This document shows positions 36,778 to 46,561 of a DNA stretch of 56,131 bases, piece by piece (positions within the stretch are counted from its first letter, which is position 1; every line of letters starts with the position of its first letter). Both the position numbers and the translations under genes were made by a program. Origin of the DNA: a virus (lineage: Duplodnaviria; Caudoviricetes); IMG/VR virus record IMGVR_UViG_3300031953_000014, positions 1-56,131 of that record. One strand, written 5' to 3'. The notes beneath the pieces were generated by a model. It did no database searches, was not told the DNA's origin, and was given only the letters and a program-made list of their open reading frames with translations.

Positions 36778-37293
36778 ATGACCGACAATACCGTAACCGT
36801 CCCACTCAACCACTACATGGCAACCGTCAAAGCGTTGGTCAAACAGATCGGCTTGAACGACGAACTGCGCGCCGAGATCCGCGACTACGAAGCAGCTTTC
36901 GACCAGGTCGCCAAAGACGCAGTGAATGAGGACAATGCCGCATGGTGGCTCAAGCAGTCCGCCAGCGATGTTGACCAGCCGATCCCGTACACCATCACCG
37001 ATGCAGCCCCCAACTTCAGCACAACCACCACCGACCCCGGCACCACACAGACCTACACGCTCACCGAAACCGCAGCAATCCTAAACCGCCAAGGCATCGA
37101 CACCGGCCAAAACAGGCTCAAAACATTCTTGAACACAGGCATCGCATGGACCGACCACTACGGTGAACCCCGCGAAATCGCCGCCGACTACCTCATCATG
37201 ACAGAACGCGCCAACCCATCACGCGATGCGGTAGTCCGGGTGACCCCCGAAGGTATCAACGAGCTTGAGCGCGTAATGAACGTGGCCGTCTGA
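36778..37293 (+). CDS. antirepressor (KilAC-like C-terminal domain)
   Basis: AAILNRQGIDTGQNRL..VRVTPEG. Confidence 0.72.
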   Translation: MTDNTVTVPLNHYMATVKALVKQIGLNDELRAEIRDYEAAFDQVAKDAVNEDNAAWWLKQSASDVDQPIPYTITDAAPNFSTTTTDPGTTQTYTLTETAAILNRQGIDTGQNRLKTFLNTGIAWTDHYGEPREIAADYLIMTERANPSRDAVVRVTPEGINELERVMNVAV

Positions 37294-37466
37294 TGCGAAC
37301 TGCACTCGACATCGCCGCCGACAAACTCTTAGCGAAGTCTGGGTTTGTTGAGCCGATTTGTGACGACATTCTTTGCGGTAATCCTAATGATTTGGATGCG
37401 ATCTTGAATGGCCCTGAGTGGTTGTCTTCGATGGTGTCCCGGAAAATGAAAGTCAACCTCCGATGA
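37293..37466 (+). CDS. hypothetical protein
   Basis: 57-aa ORF coupled to both neighbours. Confidence 0.5.
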   Translation: MRTALDIAADKLLAKSGFVEPICDDILCGNPNDLDAILNGPEWLSSMVSRKMKVNLR

Positions 37467-37984
37467 CCGCAATGAGCATGAAGGAAGCAGTGGCGCACAC
37501 AGGCTATTCGCCTTACGTCATCGGATTGTGGATCAAGTCCGGGCTCCTCAACCGTTCACTGGTGGACGGCAAGTACGTGTACCAGCAAGAGGATTTGGAT
37601 GCGGCATTAGACGAGTATGACCCGCGCGGCGACAAATGCTTCATCGCGGACTACAACCACTTCAGGGACTTCGGATTCACTAATGAGCGTGTGGCTGAGC
37701 GCATGGGATTGGATTACCGGCGGTTTATGGGCCGGGTTCGCAGTCTCGGCATTTATAGGGGCTCCCGCTATGAGAGAAATGCACAGGATGTTTTGGACCG
37801 ACTGATTGTGTCGGGTGAACGGTTTTCGGGTGAGGCGCTGCCTTGTGTCCATGATGAGGCTCTCGCTCAGACGTTGCTGACGCAGGCTGTCGCAGGTAAT
37901 CGTATCAGCAAGGTTGATGTAAAGAAGTCGAAGTTGTCGCGGTCTGGGTTTCCTGTGAATGTGTATGAGGGGGTGGCGGCGTGA
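37463..37984 (+). CDS. HTH DNA-binding protein
   Basis: MSMKEAVAHTGYS..WIKSGLL; second HTH-like segment ERVAERMGL. Confidence 0.62.
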   Translation: MTAMSMKEAVAHTGYSPYVIGLWIKSGLLNRSLVDGKYVYQQEDLDAALDEYDPRGDKCFIADYNHFRDFGFTNERVAERMGLDYRRFMGRVRSLGIYRGSRYERNAQDVLDRLIVSGERFSGEALPCVHDEALAQTLLTQAVAGNRISKVDVKKSKLSRSGFPVNVYEGVAA

Positions 37985-38096
37985 GTGTTTTTGGTCCGCG
38001 TGAACCGTTGTGGATTGAAGTGTTGGCCGGGTTTACCGGGTTCATCATCTGCACGATCATCTATTTCTTGATTCCATAGTCGAAAGGTTACCTGTC

Positions 38097-38600
38097 ATGA
38101 CTAACTCTGAATTGCGTCTTTCCCCTGAAATGATTGACACCACCGCCAGATACATGTCCGACATCGGCGATGTTTGCACAGCAAATCTTCTCCGGTCAGC
38201 GGCTGAAAGGCTCAAATCCAAGCGAGAATTAGAGGCGTCAGAACTTGAATCGCTAGGTGGCGTTGATGCCGCGCAGCGCGGATGGGATGCGCTTCGGGAA
38301 CACAACCCGATGACGGATGGGAAAGTCGCAAAGTTTGCGGATCTTTCACACAAGCAGAAGGTGAATTACGCGGTATTCGCGGCGGGCGTCATCGGTAAGG
38401 ATCAGGAACCGCGCAGATGGGATAAAGCTTCAGATGTCCCAGATGGAGTCCGTTTTGAATGCGCAGGTGGGGGATCGTGGACTCGCATGGGGTCATCCAA
38501 CCGCTACCAGTATACTTTTTCGAATCGAGTTACTATTGGACAAGAATGGGAAGAATTGACTGTAGATGAATACGCGCCATTCGTTGAGGTGGTCTCCTGA
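38097..38600 (+). CDS. hypothetical protein with C-terminal PR-W...APFVEV module
   Basis: ORF track; repeated module. Confidence 0.65.
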   Translation: MTNSELRLSPEMIDTTARYMSDIGDVCTANLLRSAAERLKSKRELEASELESLGGVDAAQRGWDALREHNPMTDGKVAKFADLSHKQKVNYAVFAAGVIGKDQEPRRWDKASDVPDGVRFECAGGGSWTRMGSSNRYQYTFSNRVTIGQEWEELTVDEYAPFVEVVS

Positions 38601-38803
38601 TGGCACGCACATTCAATTTCGGTGACATCATCCCCACCGACACCGCAGTAATACAAACCGCACTAGGCGAAGTCATCCCCCGATACGATGAACGCGGATT
38701 CGGCACAGGTGAAGCGTGGGGCGTCAACGACACCAGCGCTAAAGGCTACGGCGCATGGGTCAAAGAAGACTTCCCACTAACCGAACTTATCGGTGCGGTA
38801 TGA
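38600..38803 (+). CDS. hypothetical protein (stand-alone module)
   Basis: coupled ORF. Confidence 0.6.
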   Translation: MARTFNFGDIIPTDTAVIQTALGEVIPRYDERGFGTGEAWGVNDTSAKGYGAWVKEDFPLTELIGAV

Positions 38804-39690
38804 CAGCGAAAGTCACACTGTCCGCCACCATCCCAGTTGCCCAATACGCAAATCTGCAACCATCGTTTGAGGTTGAGGGGGTGACGGTCGATGATGCGAT
38901 GGCGACCGCACTTGAAACGATGAAGCGTGTCTGGGATTCGGTCGCAGACAAGCCGTTGCGTATCAATGATGCCGTGCCACAACTCGTATCTGCGGGCACA
39001 GAACTTACGTGCTGGGCGTCAGGTGTCAAAGTCTATTTCGATCCCGTAGAGCACGTCTACAGTCCCGGCAAATGGCTATCGGGGTCTACGTTCGCCAGCA
39101 AGTTTAAGTCACAGTTTCCGTCCGCAACAATCGCCGGCAAGATGGCAGCCAAGAATGGTGTCGATGCCGATGATATTCAAGCGATGTGGGCGAAAAACGC
39201 TGAAGCGTCTTCCAGTGTCGGCACGGCAGTCCACGCAGCCCTGGAGTTGTACGGCAAATACTTGTCACTGTCGGAGTCGGTCAAGGGCACGGATGAGTCT
39301 GCGCTGACAAAGAACCTGATCTTGCGGCCTATCGTGCAGGCGTTTTTTGCTGAGCATGCGGCGGAGGACGCCACGTATGAGGCTTTTGTGGCTGATCCGG
39401 TGTTGAGGCATTGCGGCCAGATCGACCGACTAGTCATCGAACCAGACGGACTTGTCATCGAAGACTTCAAGACCAATACGGACTTGACCAAAAAAGAGAC
39501 GATTGCGGCCCCATTCAAGGGTGTTGTCGAGTCAACGAGTCTCGGCGCGTACTGGTTGCAACTTTCTTTCTACGCACGAATCATCCAGTCCCACGGTCAC
39601 GCCGTGAAGGGGCTGCGCATCCATCATTGGACTGGCGTCGAGTGGGTCACATACTCGCATGACGTTGTAGACATTAGCGAGGCCATATGA
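38800..39690 (+). CDS. PD-(D/E)XK exonuclease (Cas4/RecB-like)
   Basis: GTAVH, GQIDRL, IEDFKT, YWLQLSFY. Confidence 0.85.
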   Translation: MTAKVTLSATIPVAQYANLQPSFEVEGVTVDDAMATALETMKRVWDSVADKPLRINDAVPQLVSAGTELTCWASGVKVYFDPVEHVYSPGKWLSGSTFASKFKSQFPSATIAGKMAAKNGVDADDIQAMWAKNAEASSSVGTAVHAALELYGKYLSLSESVKGTDESALTKNLILRPIVQAFFAEHAAEDATYEAFVADPVLRHCGQIDRLVIEPDGLVIEDFKTNTDLTKKETIAAPFKGVVESTSLGAYWLQLSFYARIIQSHGHAVKGLRIHHWTGVEWVTYSHDVVDISEAI

Positions 39691-40394
39691 AAGTGCAGTT
39701 GATTGCGTCCACACAGTTTCATGGCGTCGACAGGTTCACCCCAGACGACACACTCCCGCCAGATAACGCACAACACGTCATCGAAGCTGCTGGCAGAAGC
39801 TGCTACCTGTCGTTTCACAAGCCAAACCCTGCGACATCCAGCAATAAGGCGTACATCGCGAACCTGCTCGGTAGCCGGCATCTGAGCGTGGTCGAGCATG
39901 CGTCTGCATCGTTTTATGTCACTGGGGTTTCACGCAACCTGACACACGAGCTTGTACGACACCGCCACTTTTCGTTCTCGGAAGTTTCTTACAGGTATGT
40001 GGATGCGAAGAGGCTTGAGGTTGTGCGTCCGCCCGCATTCGGCAATGGCGATTGGTTGTGGTTGCAGCGCGCCAGGGATGCCGCTTTGGATTCCTATGAT
40101 TCGTATGTGTCGCGGGCGAAAACGTCTGGTGTTGTGGGGAAGAAGGCGCGGGAAGCGGCGCGGTCGTTTCTGCCGTCTTCGACTGAGTCTCGCATTGTGG
40201 TGACTGGTAATTATCGGTCGTGGATTGAGTTTCTGTTGAAGCGTGATGATCCGGCTGCTGACGCTGAGATCCGCCAGTTGGCGCAGGAGATCGGACGGCA
40301 ACTAGCCGAACTCGCACCGCACGTATTTGGTACGGAGGCACGAAAACTGTGGACATGGGACACATCCCAACAAGCACCAAAAGGGGACACATGA
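39687..40394 (+). CDS. thyX: FAD-dependent thymidylate synthase
   Basis: HLSVVEH, HELVRHRHFSFSEVSYRY, EAARSFLP, TGNYRSW. Confidence 0.95.
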   Translation: MKVQLIASTQFHGVDRFTPDDTLPPDNAQHVIEAAGRSCYLSFHKPNPATSSNKAYIANLLGSRHLSVVEHASASFYVTGVSRNLTHELVRHRHFSFSEVSYRYVDAKRLEVVRPPAFGNGDWLWLQRARDAALDSYDSYVSRAKTSGVVGKKAREAARSFLPSSTESRIVVTGNYRSWIEFLLKRDDPAADAEIRQLAQEIGRQLAELAPHVFGTEARKLWTWDTSQQAPKGDT

Positions 40395-40795
40395 AACTGG
40401 ACGCGAAAGCCCTCATAGACGCAGTACGCGCAAGAGCCGCATCCGAACCCGAACGAATCTACACATACCCAACAGTGGGGCTCACCGAGGACGGTGAAGA
40501 CATTGTCGCCGAAGAATGCGTATACGTGTACCGAACCTACGACGACGCATACGAGTTGAAACCGTCATGCCTGATCGGATACGGACTCATAGACATCGGG
40601 GTGCCGGCGGAGAAGCTCGAAAAGATTGATGTCATGCAGATTTTGGCGTTGGACAGAAAGTTTGGGTTTGGTTTGCCGACTGGCGCGTTGCGGTGGTTGT
40701 CGATAGTGCAGGATGGGCAAGATTTTTTGAAGCCGTGGGGTGTGGCGGTTCGTGATGCTGATTCGCAGTGCTTGAATGAAGGAGTGATTGTCTGA
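40391..40795 (+). CDS. hypothetical protein
   Basis: coupled ORF; CVY..PSCLIG..QD..W. Confidence 0.65.
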   Translation: MKLDAKALIDAVRARAASEPERIYTYPTVGLTEDGEDIVAEECVYVYRTYDDAYELKPSCLIGYGLIDIGVPAEKLEKIDVMQILALDRKFGFGLPTGALRWLSIVQDGQDFLKPWGVAVRDADSQCLNEGVIV

Positions 40796-41344
40796 ATGGC
40801 ACTGAAGGTCTACAAGGATGGATGTTTTTGCACAGTCCCTGATTGCGAAAATCCAGAGATAGCTACTGGCCTGTGTCCCATGCACTACAGCCGATTTCGC
40901 AAACACGGCAGTCTAGATAGCCAGCCCCGTCGGGTAAACACTATTGACGACTTGTGGGGCCGGGTTGATAAGGATGCGCCGAATGGTTGCTGGAATTGGA
41001 CCGCCGCCATTAACGCAGCGGGGTATGGGGTTGTGGGGATGGCAGGTAAAGTGCTGCGTGTTCATCGGGTGATTTATGAGCATGCGCGTGGGCCGATCCC
41101 CGAAAAGTTAGTGCTTGACCATTTGTGCCGAAACACTGCATGTTGCAATCCTGACCATCTTGAAGCGGTTACGGATGCTGTCAACTTTTCTCGCGGCAAT
41201 CATTGGGCCGCTGTAGTTCGCAGAACTGGGCTATGCAGGAGTGGGCTGCATGCAATGGCTGAGCATGCTTACGTGAGATCAAATGGAACGCAGTTTTGCA
41301 AACCTTGTCAAAATCTTAAACCTAGAAGAAAGAAGGATGCCTGA
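40796..41344 (+). CDS. HNH endonuclease
   Basis: CWNWT..GYG..VHRVIY..LDHLCRNTACCNPDHLEAVT..N. Confidence 0.9.
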   Translation: MALKVYKDGCFCTVPDCENPEIATGLCPMHYSRFRKHGSLDSQPRRVNTIDDLWGRVDKDAPNGCWNWTAAINAAGYGVVGMAGKVLRVHRVIYEHARGPIPEKLVLDHLCRNTACCNPDHLEAVTDAVNFSRGNHWAAVVRRTGLCRSGLHAMAEHAYVRSNGTQFCKPCQNLKPRRKKDA

Positions 41345-41892
41345 TGGCTTACGCGAAAAATGATGATTACATCGAGGTGCCAGAACGTATAGCCGAGTTT
41401 AGGGAGAAGTACCCAGATGGCTCGTTGCAGCCCTGGGATTTCGGCAAGCCGTATGAGGTCGTAGAGATTGGCGGGGTGACTCACATCGTTGTAGTGGCGG
41501 CTGCGTACAAGTCGCCTGACGATACGCGGCCTGGCGTCGGCATGGCGCAGGAGATTTTTCCTGGAAAAACTCCATATACCAAGGGTTCTGAATTGATGAA
41601 TGCGGAGACTTCGGCGTGGGGTCGTGCGATTGTGGCGGCGTTGGCTGCGGATACGAAGCGGGGGATCGCATCGGCGCAGGAAGTTCGTAACCGTCAGGCC
41701 GAGTCTGATATTCCGCCGTCTCAGGAGGAGTTGTTGCAGTCGCAGATTATGCGGCATTGCCAGTCCGAAAAGATTCCACGCGAGACTGCGTTAGTAAAGT
41801 TTCAGGAGTTGGGTGGTTCCGGCAAGATTAGTGAGTGTGTGGATGTGGGGTTGTTGCAGCGGTTGTTTGATGCGTTGAGGAGTGGGTCTTGA
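41344..41892 (+). CDS. putative ssDNA-annealing protein (Rad52/Sak-like)
   Basis: YIEVPERI.EF..YPDG; NAETSAWGRA; IASAQEV; near exonuclease. Confidence 0.55.
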   Translation: MAYAKNDDYIEVPERIAEFREKYPDGSLQPWDFGKPYEVVEIGGVTHIVVVAAAYKSPDDTRPGVGMAQEIFPGKTPYTKGSELMNAETSAWGRAIVAALAADTKRGIASAQEVRNRQAESDIPPSQEELLQSQIMRHCQSEKIPRETALVKFQELGGSGKISECVDVGLLQRLFDALRSGS

Positions 41893-42167
41893 TGGCGGCG
41901 AATGAGTTTCGGATTGTTGAGTCGAGGTTTCGGCGGCGTGGTTGTTCGCGGTTGTTGTCGAAGTTTGTTGTGACTCGGGTTAATGGTGTGGGTGTTGTGG
42001 AGTCGTGGCGGTTGTCGTTGCCGGCGTTGAGGTTGTTGGTTGATGTGGGGTCGGATGTGTTGGCTGTGGTTGAGGAGCGGGAGTTGGCTGAGGCTGTGGT
42101 TGAGGAGCGGGAGTTGGCTGAGGCTGTGGTTGCGGAGAGTGTGGGGGTGGATGATGGTGACCGTTGA
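41889..42167 (+). CDS. hypothetical protein with 30-bp internal tandem repeat
   Basis: AVVEERELAE x2. Confidence 0.5.
   Translation: MMAANEFRIVESRFRRRGCSRLLSKFVVTRVNGVGVVESWRLSLPALRLLVDVGSDVLAVVEERELAEAVVEERELAEAVVAESVGVDDGDR
42062..42132 (+). repeat. 30-bp tandem repeat (about 2.4 copies)
   Basis: GGCTGTGGTTGAGGAGCGGGAGTTGGCTGA repeated. Confidence 0.95.
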
Positions 42168-42306
42168 AGAACTTGCGGACGTGATGGGGTGGGTTGGCCG
42201 CGCGGAGAAAAAGGTGTTGCGGGATGCCGCGCCGAAGCCGTGGATTGTGGATGTGGCGCAACAGCATCGCCCGAAGCGGACACGCGGCCATCGGAGGGTC
42301 AAGTGA
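42151..42306 (+). CDS. small basic protein, WIxDV-RPK family copy 1
   Basis: PKPWIVDVAQQHRPKR. Confidence 0.6.
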   Translation: MMVTVEELADVMGWVGRAEKKVLRDAAPKPWIVDVAQQHRPKRTRGHRRVK

Positions 42307-42707
42307 GCGACATTGAGGTGACGCCATTATCTGAGCAGTTGGATGCGTCGACGCCTGCATATGTGAATGCCCGGTTGATGGAGTTGGAGCAAAAGTTTCA
42401 GCAGGCCCCCGTCATGTTGAGGGAGTCCCGCGAGAGACAGCAGGCCGCGCAGGAAGCTTTGTTGGTGGCGGAGGCTCATGCGGGTTTGGTTGCGGCGAAA
42501 GATCCGGGGCTGCGTAATGAGTCGGCGCGGAAGGCTTTTGTGGCGGTGGAGACTGTGAATGTTCGTGGTGTGGCGTTGGTTGCGGATGCTGCGTTCAAGT
42601 ATTTGCAGGAGCGTGTGAAGGCGTATGCGCAGGAGTTGGACAGTCTTCGTACGCGCAGTACGAATTTGCGTTCGGAGATCAATGTGTCAGGACAGGGGCA
42701 ACGATGA
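42303..42707 (+). CDS. coiled-coil hypothetical protein
   Basis: coupled ORF. Confidence 0.62.
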   Translation: MSDIEVTPLSEQLDASTPAYVNARLMELEQKFQQAPVMLRESRERQQAAQEALLVAEAHAGLVAAKDPGLRNESARKAFVAVETVNVRGVALVADAAFKYLQERVKAYAQELDSLRTRSTNLRSEINVSGQGQR

Positions 42708-43291
42708 GTGTTTCGGTTAAGCAGTTGAGAGTTGTTGCGGATGACGTGCAGTCGGAGCATCCGTATATTGCAAGCGTTCTGCGGGAATTGTCCGATAAGC
42801 GGGAAGCGGGTTGGCTTGAGGCTGCTGCGGTTGATACTCACCCGGACGCATTGCTGGCGCTGGGGATCGCAGATGCAAGCAACAATGGTCAGCGGATGCA
42901 TGATTTGCTGTCGGAGCATCGTGATCCCGATAAGTGGCTGTTTATGGCTGCGGCTGCACGCAAGTGCATTGATGCGGAACGTGAACAGAACGTCACTCCA
43001 GTACAGTGGAGCACGGGTGAGGTCATGCAAGACGACGTAACGTTGCATCGAGCGCCCCGCATATTCCGCGTGGGGGACGCCGAGCCTGCCGACCGGGACA
43101 TAATCATACTCCGAGGTATCGCGAAAGACGGTGCGAGCCGTCCCAAGGGGACTGTAGCAGTGATCCAATATGGCAAATACGGGACGTTAGGTGAGACTCA
43201 CTGGTATCAATCCGTCGACAGGAACCCAACGTGGAATTTCTGGGGATTATGGCTCGAGCTTTACGGGCCGCTAGTCGAGGTTATCCAGTGA
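42704..43291 (+). CDS. hypothetical protein with PR-F-VGD-EP...YGPLVEV module
   Basis: ORF track; repeated module. Confidence 0.65.
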   Translation: MSVSVKQLRVVADDVQSEHPYIASVLRELSDKREAGWLEAAAVDTHPDALLALGIADASNNGQRMHDLLSEHRDPDKWLFMAAAARKCIDAEREQNVTPVQWSTGEVMQDDVTLHRAPRIFRVGDAEPADRDIIILRGIAKDGASRPKGTVAVIQYGKYGTLGETHWYQSVDRNPTWNFWGLWLELYGPLVEVIQ

Positions 43292-43560
43292 CACTCACCG
43301 AAGAACAACTCACACACCTAAAACTCGCAGCACCCGACTACGGGATGACGCCACACCAAGCGTCCGCACTCCTCGAATATGTGGACAGTCTGCGCAGGCG
43401 CAATAGTGAATTGTCGCGGCAGTATCGGATTGCAGACAATTTGGCGGAGCAACTGTTGGCACCGTTGGAGTCTTTGCGCGGGTTGGCGGCGGATCATCGT
43501 GCGGGCGGGATCACTGATAGACAGTTTGTTGATGGTGTCCATTATTGGCTTGACGCATGA
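43288..43560 (+). CDS. hypothetical protein
   Basis: coupled ORF. Confidence 0.58.
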   Translation: MTLTEEQLTHLKLAAPDYGMTPHQASALLEYVDSLRRRNSELSRQYRIADNLAEQLLAPLESLRGLAADHRAGGITDRQFVDGVHYWLDA

Positions 43561-43739
43561 ATGCTGTACTGGGTGTCTGGGAATGGGCAACATTCATTGC
43601 GGGGCTCATTGCGGGCACGGTGACAGTCGGCGCAATGCTCCTCGATGTCAACAATGTCCGAATGATCGTGTACGGCTACATGGCGATGTGGTGTTGCTGG
43701 TGGACGTTCCTCATCCTGATCATCGCGAATGGCACGTAA
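43557..43739 (+). CDS. small 2-TM membrane protein
   Basis: hydrophobic; coupled. Confidence 0.55.
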   Translation: MNAVLGVWEWATFIAGLIAGTVTVGAMLLDVNNVRMIVYGYMAMWCCWWTFLILIIANGT

Positions 43740-44064
43740 GACTGGCCCGGACAAGCAGACAGTAGAGCTTGTCCGGGCCAGAAGTGGCGGCATCTGCGAA
43801 CGCTGCGGATGGCACGAAGGACAACAGTTACATCACCGCAGGGCTCGCGGCATGGGATCGACACGGCGCGAATCAACAAACGCAGTCTACTCACTCGTGG
43901 ACTTATGCCACCCATGCCATGCACACATCGAATCACACCGCACCGAAGCATTAGATGACGGTTGGCTTGTCACACAGTATTGCGATCCTGCCTGGATTCC
44001 TGTGAATGCGCGTGGAACATGGAAGCTATTAGATGCGTTGGGGGGATACCAGTTGCCGGATTGA
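43729..44064 (+). CDS. HNH endonuclease
   Basis: RSGGICERC..LHHRRARGMG..N..LCHPCH. Confidence 0.85.
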   Translation: MARKTGPDKQTVELVRARSGGICERCGWHEGQQLHHRRARGMGSTRRESTNAVYSLVDLCHPCHAHIESHRTEALDDGWLVTQYCDPAWIPVNARGTWKLLDALGGYQLPD

Positions 44065-44215
44065 GCAGTCAGGTTCGTGGGCTTTTGGATGAGATGGATG
44101 CGATTAGTTTGTGGGTGGATGAGAACCGTGATGTTGATCCTGTGGAGTTGGCGGGGTTGTGGCGGATGTCGTTGGTGTTGGAGGAGCGGTTGAAATCGGT
44201 GCGGGCTGAGGACGG

Positions 44216-44554
44216 GTGGTTGTAGTGGTTGCGGATATGGAAGATCAATGGGTTACCGATGGGGGCCAGCCGGTAGGTTCGGTGTCGGCGGAATTGTTTA
44301 CCCCGACTGGCAAGTGGAAGTATTCGGTCCAGCTCGATTACACAGGCATATACCATAAGCCTGTCTCAGTTGACGGTGTGCGCGATGAAAGCGTTCCGTG
44401 GATGCCCGAGGTAGGGCGTGCGGCGGAACTCGCCCTGGCGGCGGCTACGGACCGTGGCACATCAGGGGTGAGTATCCGGGAATTGGGTGACTACTGGACG
44501 TTGGTTGTGCCTGATCCTCCGAATGGGTGGCCAGTGTTGGTGCGGCATGGGTGA
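44216..44554 (+). CDS. hypothetical protein
   Basis: ORF track. Confidence 0.58.
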   Translation: MVVVVADMEDQWVTDGGQPVGSVSAELFTPTGKWKYSVQLDYTGIYHKPVSVDGVRDESVPWMPEVGRAAELALAAATDRGTSGVSIRELGDYWTLVVPDPPNGWPVLVRHG

Positions 44555-44897
44555 GCCGAACGTGGTGACAGTATGCGAGGAAGACTTTCGCGCCGAACTG
44601 TTCGTAACTATGACCCGCGAGTTAGTCGCAAAACTTGGGCTACGGGACGCCTATGTTCTATCGGCGATCAGATTCCGCACCAACACGAAAACAGTAGATA
44701 CGGTCGAAGTCGCCGGCGTCAGGTGGTGGCGTATATCAATTCCCGAACTCGCAGACTTCCTGGCAATTACAGTCGCCCAGACAAGAGCCGCAATTCAATC
44801 CCTGACCCGCATGGGTGCGCTAGAAAGCGTATCGCACGGTATCGGTGGTTGGACAGACCGCACCAAGTCGTACCGGGTGGCGGTTGCAGGTGGGTAA
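44547..44897 (+). CDS. winged-helix protein, stand-alone paralog of the replication initiator N-domain
   Basis: CEEDFRAELF..KLGLRDAYVL.AIRFRT matches the next gene. Confidence 0.72.
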   Translation: MGEPNVVTVCEEDFRAELFVTMTRELVAKLGLRDAYVLSAIRFRTNTKTVDTVEVAGVRWWRISIPELADFLAITVAQTRAAIQSLTRMGALESVSHGIGGWTDRTKSYRVAVAGG

Positions 44898-45759
44898 CGT
44901 GATGATCTGCGAAGACGACTTCCGTGCCAAACTGTTCATCCCGATAAACCCGGTACTGGTATCGAAGCTTGGGATTCGTGACGCCTATGTTCTTGGCGCG
45001 ATCAGGTTTCGTACTGATACGGAGCATCGGGACACTGTCGAGGATGAGACTGGTTTGTGGTGGCGTACGTCGGCGGCGGGACTGGCGTCGTTTCTTGGGA
45101 TGGCAGCTAACACTGTCCGCGCTTCCCTGAAGTCGCTGGTGGATTCGGGGATCTTGGAGGCGGTCGAGCATGGCAGTCGTGACACGGATTCACGCACACT
45201 GTCATACCGGCCGCATTTACCCGAATTGGGTAACACCCTTTTACCCGAATCGGGTAACACCCCCCTACGAAATCCAGCAGATGTTCTATCTTTATTTAAG
45301 AACTCTAATAACCCGGAACCCAAAAAAGAAGCTGGGGACAGGAAAACGACAGGGCCTCATCTTCTACCTGGAGACTGGCAACCCACCGACAATCATCGAG
45401 CTAAGGCTGAAGCGTTGGGAGTGGACATTGATGCCACCGCGGAAGCTATGCGCAAATGGGCGTTCGTAGGGGATGTGCGTAAGAAGAGTTGGAATGGAAC
45501 GTTCAACGCATTTTTGGCGAATCAGAAGCCTTCGGTGGTTGGTCCGGTGTCTGCTGCGTCCCAAGTCGATCAGATCATTGGTGCGGGGGATCGGGAGAAG
45601 CTGGAACAACTCACTGGTGTGAGGTTTGATCCTGATTATGGTGATGTGTCGCCGCGTGAACGGTATCTGCGTTTGCAGGATGAGTGGCCGTTGTGGGCGC
45701 GGGATAACCGTGACAGGTTGATTACTGCGGCTGTGTCGCGTTCTAAGCCCCGTAAGTAG
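44890..45759 (+). CDS. replication initiator (lambda O/RepA-like)
   Basis: N-terminal wHTH; internal iterons; LPGDWQP..KKSWNGTF C-domain. Confidence 0.75.
   Translation: MGNVMICEDDFRAKLFIPINPVLVSKLGIRDAYVLGAIRFRTDTEHRDTVEDETGLWWRTSAAGLASFLGMAANTVRASLKSLVDSGILEAVEHGSRDTDSRTLSYRPHLPELGNTLLPESGNTPLRNPADVLSLFKNSNNPEPKKEAGDRKTTGPHLLPGDWQPTDNHRAKAEALGVDIDATAEAMRKWAFVGDVRKKSWNGTFNAFLANQKPSVVGPVSAASQVDQIIGAGDREKLEQLTGVRFDPDYGDVSPRERYLRLQDEWPLWARDNRDRLITAAVSRSKPRK
45216..45312. other. putative replication origin: two palindromic iterons plus AT-rich tract
   Basis: TTTACCCGAAT(T/C)GGGTAACACCC at 45216 and 45240; then TTCTATCTTTATTTAAGAACTCTAATAA. Confidence 0.65.
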
Positions 45760-45847
45760 CGTTCTGGTGTTAGTTGTCGCGGGAGCCATGAAAACCCCTA
45801 GAAGCCTTCTATGTGATGGTAGCAATCGCTATCAGGATGGGTGAAGC

Positions 45848-46111
45848 ATGACTGGAGAAGTTTCTATCCCGTCCCATGCCATCTTTTGCGGTCAATGCAA
45901 AGACTGGTATACGGGCGGTAGGACTGCGCATTGCGGCGGTTGCCATAAAACGTTTTCGGCGGTGTCGTCGTTTGATCGACATCGGGTTGGTGGGAAGTGT
46001 CGGACGCCGGCGGATGCGGGGTTGGTTCGTAATGGGCGATTGTTTGAGTGCTATGGCGCTCCGGGTGGCGATTTGGTCACTGGGGTGTGGGGGGCGCTCG
46101 ACAGTGGCTAG
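45848..46111 (+). CDS. Zn-binding protein (FDxHR type)
   Basis: CGQC..AHCGGCH.TF....FDRHR..C. Confidence 0.72.
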   Translation: MTGEVSIPSHAIFCGQCKDWYTGGRTAHCGGCHKTFSAVSSFDRHRVGGKCRTPADAGLVRNGRLFECYGAPGGDLVTGVWGALDSG

Positions 46112-46226
46112 AGGGTGCCACTGTGATGCCAGTAAGGGGCATTCGTGTCATGGTCTTCAGCGTCTTTTGTCTGGGGTGTGGTCGATGCTAGTTGACAAGA
46201 CGCAGGTTCGGGTGTCTACTTGCGGC

Positions 46227-46334
46227 ATGAATCCGCGAGTGTTAGCGACTGCGATTGCAGCGACTTTTGTTGCGTATGTGGCGGTCATGTTCATGTTTGT
46301 CATGTTGGGCGATTACGCAAGGAGTGCACTGTGA
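46227..46334 (+). CDS. small membrane protein, leaderless, same operator-promoter as the 31.9-33.2 kb cassettes
   Basis: TTGACA-AGACGCAGGTTCGGGTG-TCTACT-6-ATG at 46192-46229. Confidence 0.6.
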   Translation: MNPRVLATAIAATFVAYVAVMFMFVMLGDYARSAL

Positions 46335-46561
46335 GTGCCATCGATATCGACACGAAGATCATCGACGGAAGCCTGGCAGAGGTTGAGGCAGCGCTTCACG
46401 CTATGCCTGAGGGGAGTGTGATTGCGAGCGGCGATGCAGTGTTTGTGAAAGCGATGCTGGTTTATCACGCTGAGCCTTTCTGGTTTGCGATTGGGCAGAC
46501 GGGGACGTTTGATGCGGATTGGCTCGCTCGTCGCCGTGCGCCTTTTGCGGTGCTCCGATGA
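46331..46561 (+). CDS. hypothetical protein
   Basis: AGGAG SD; coupled. Confidence 0.58.
   Translation: MSAIDIDTKIIDGSLAEVEAALHAMPEGSVIASGDAVFVKAMLVYHAEPFWFAIGQTGTFDADWLARRRAPFAVLR

Noticed and set aside
38800-39690. Cas4 as part of a CRISPR system
   Set aside because: Stand-alone phage exonuclease in the recombination module
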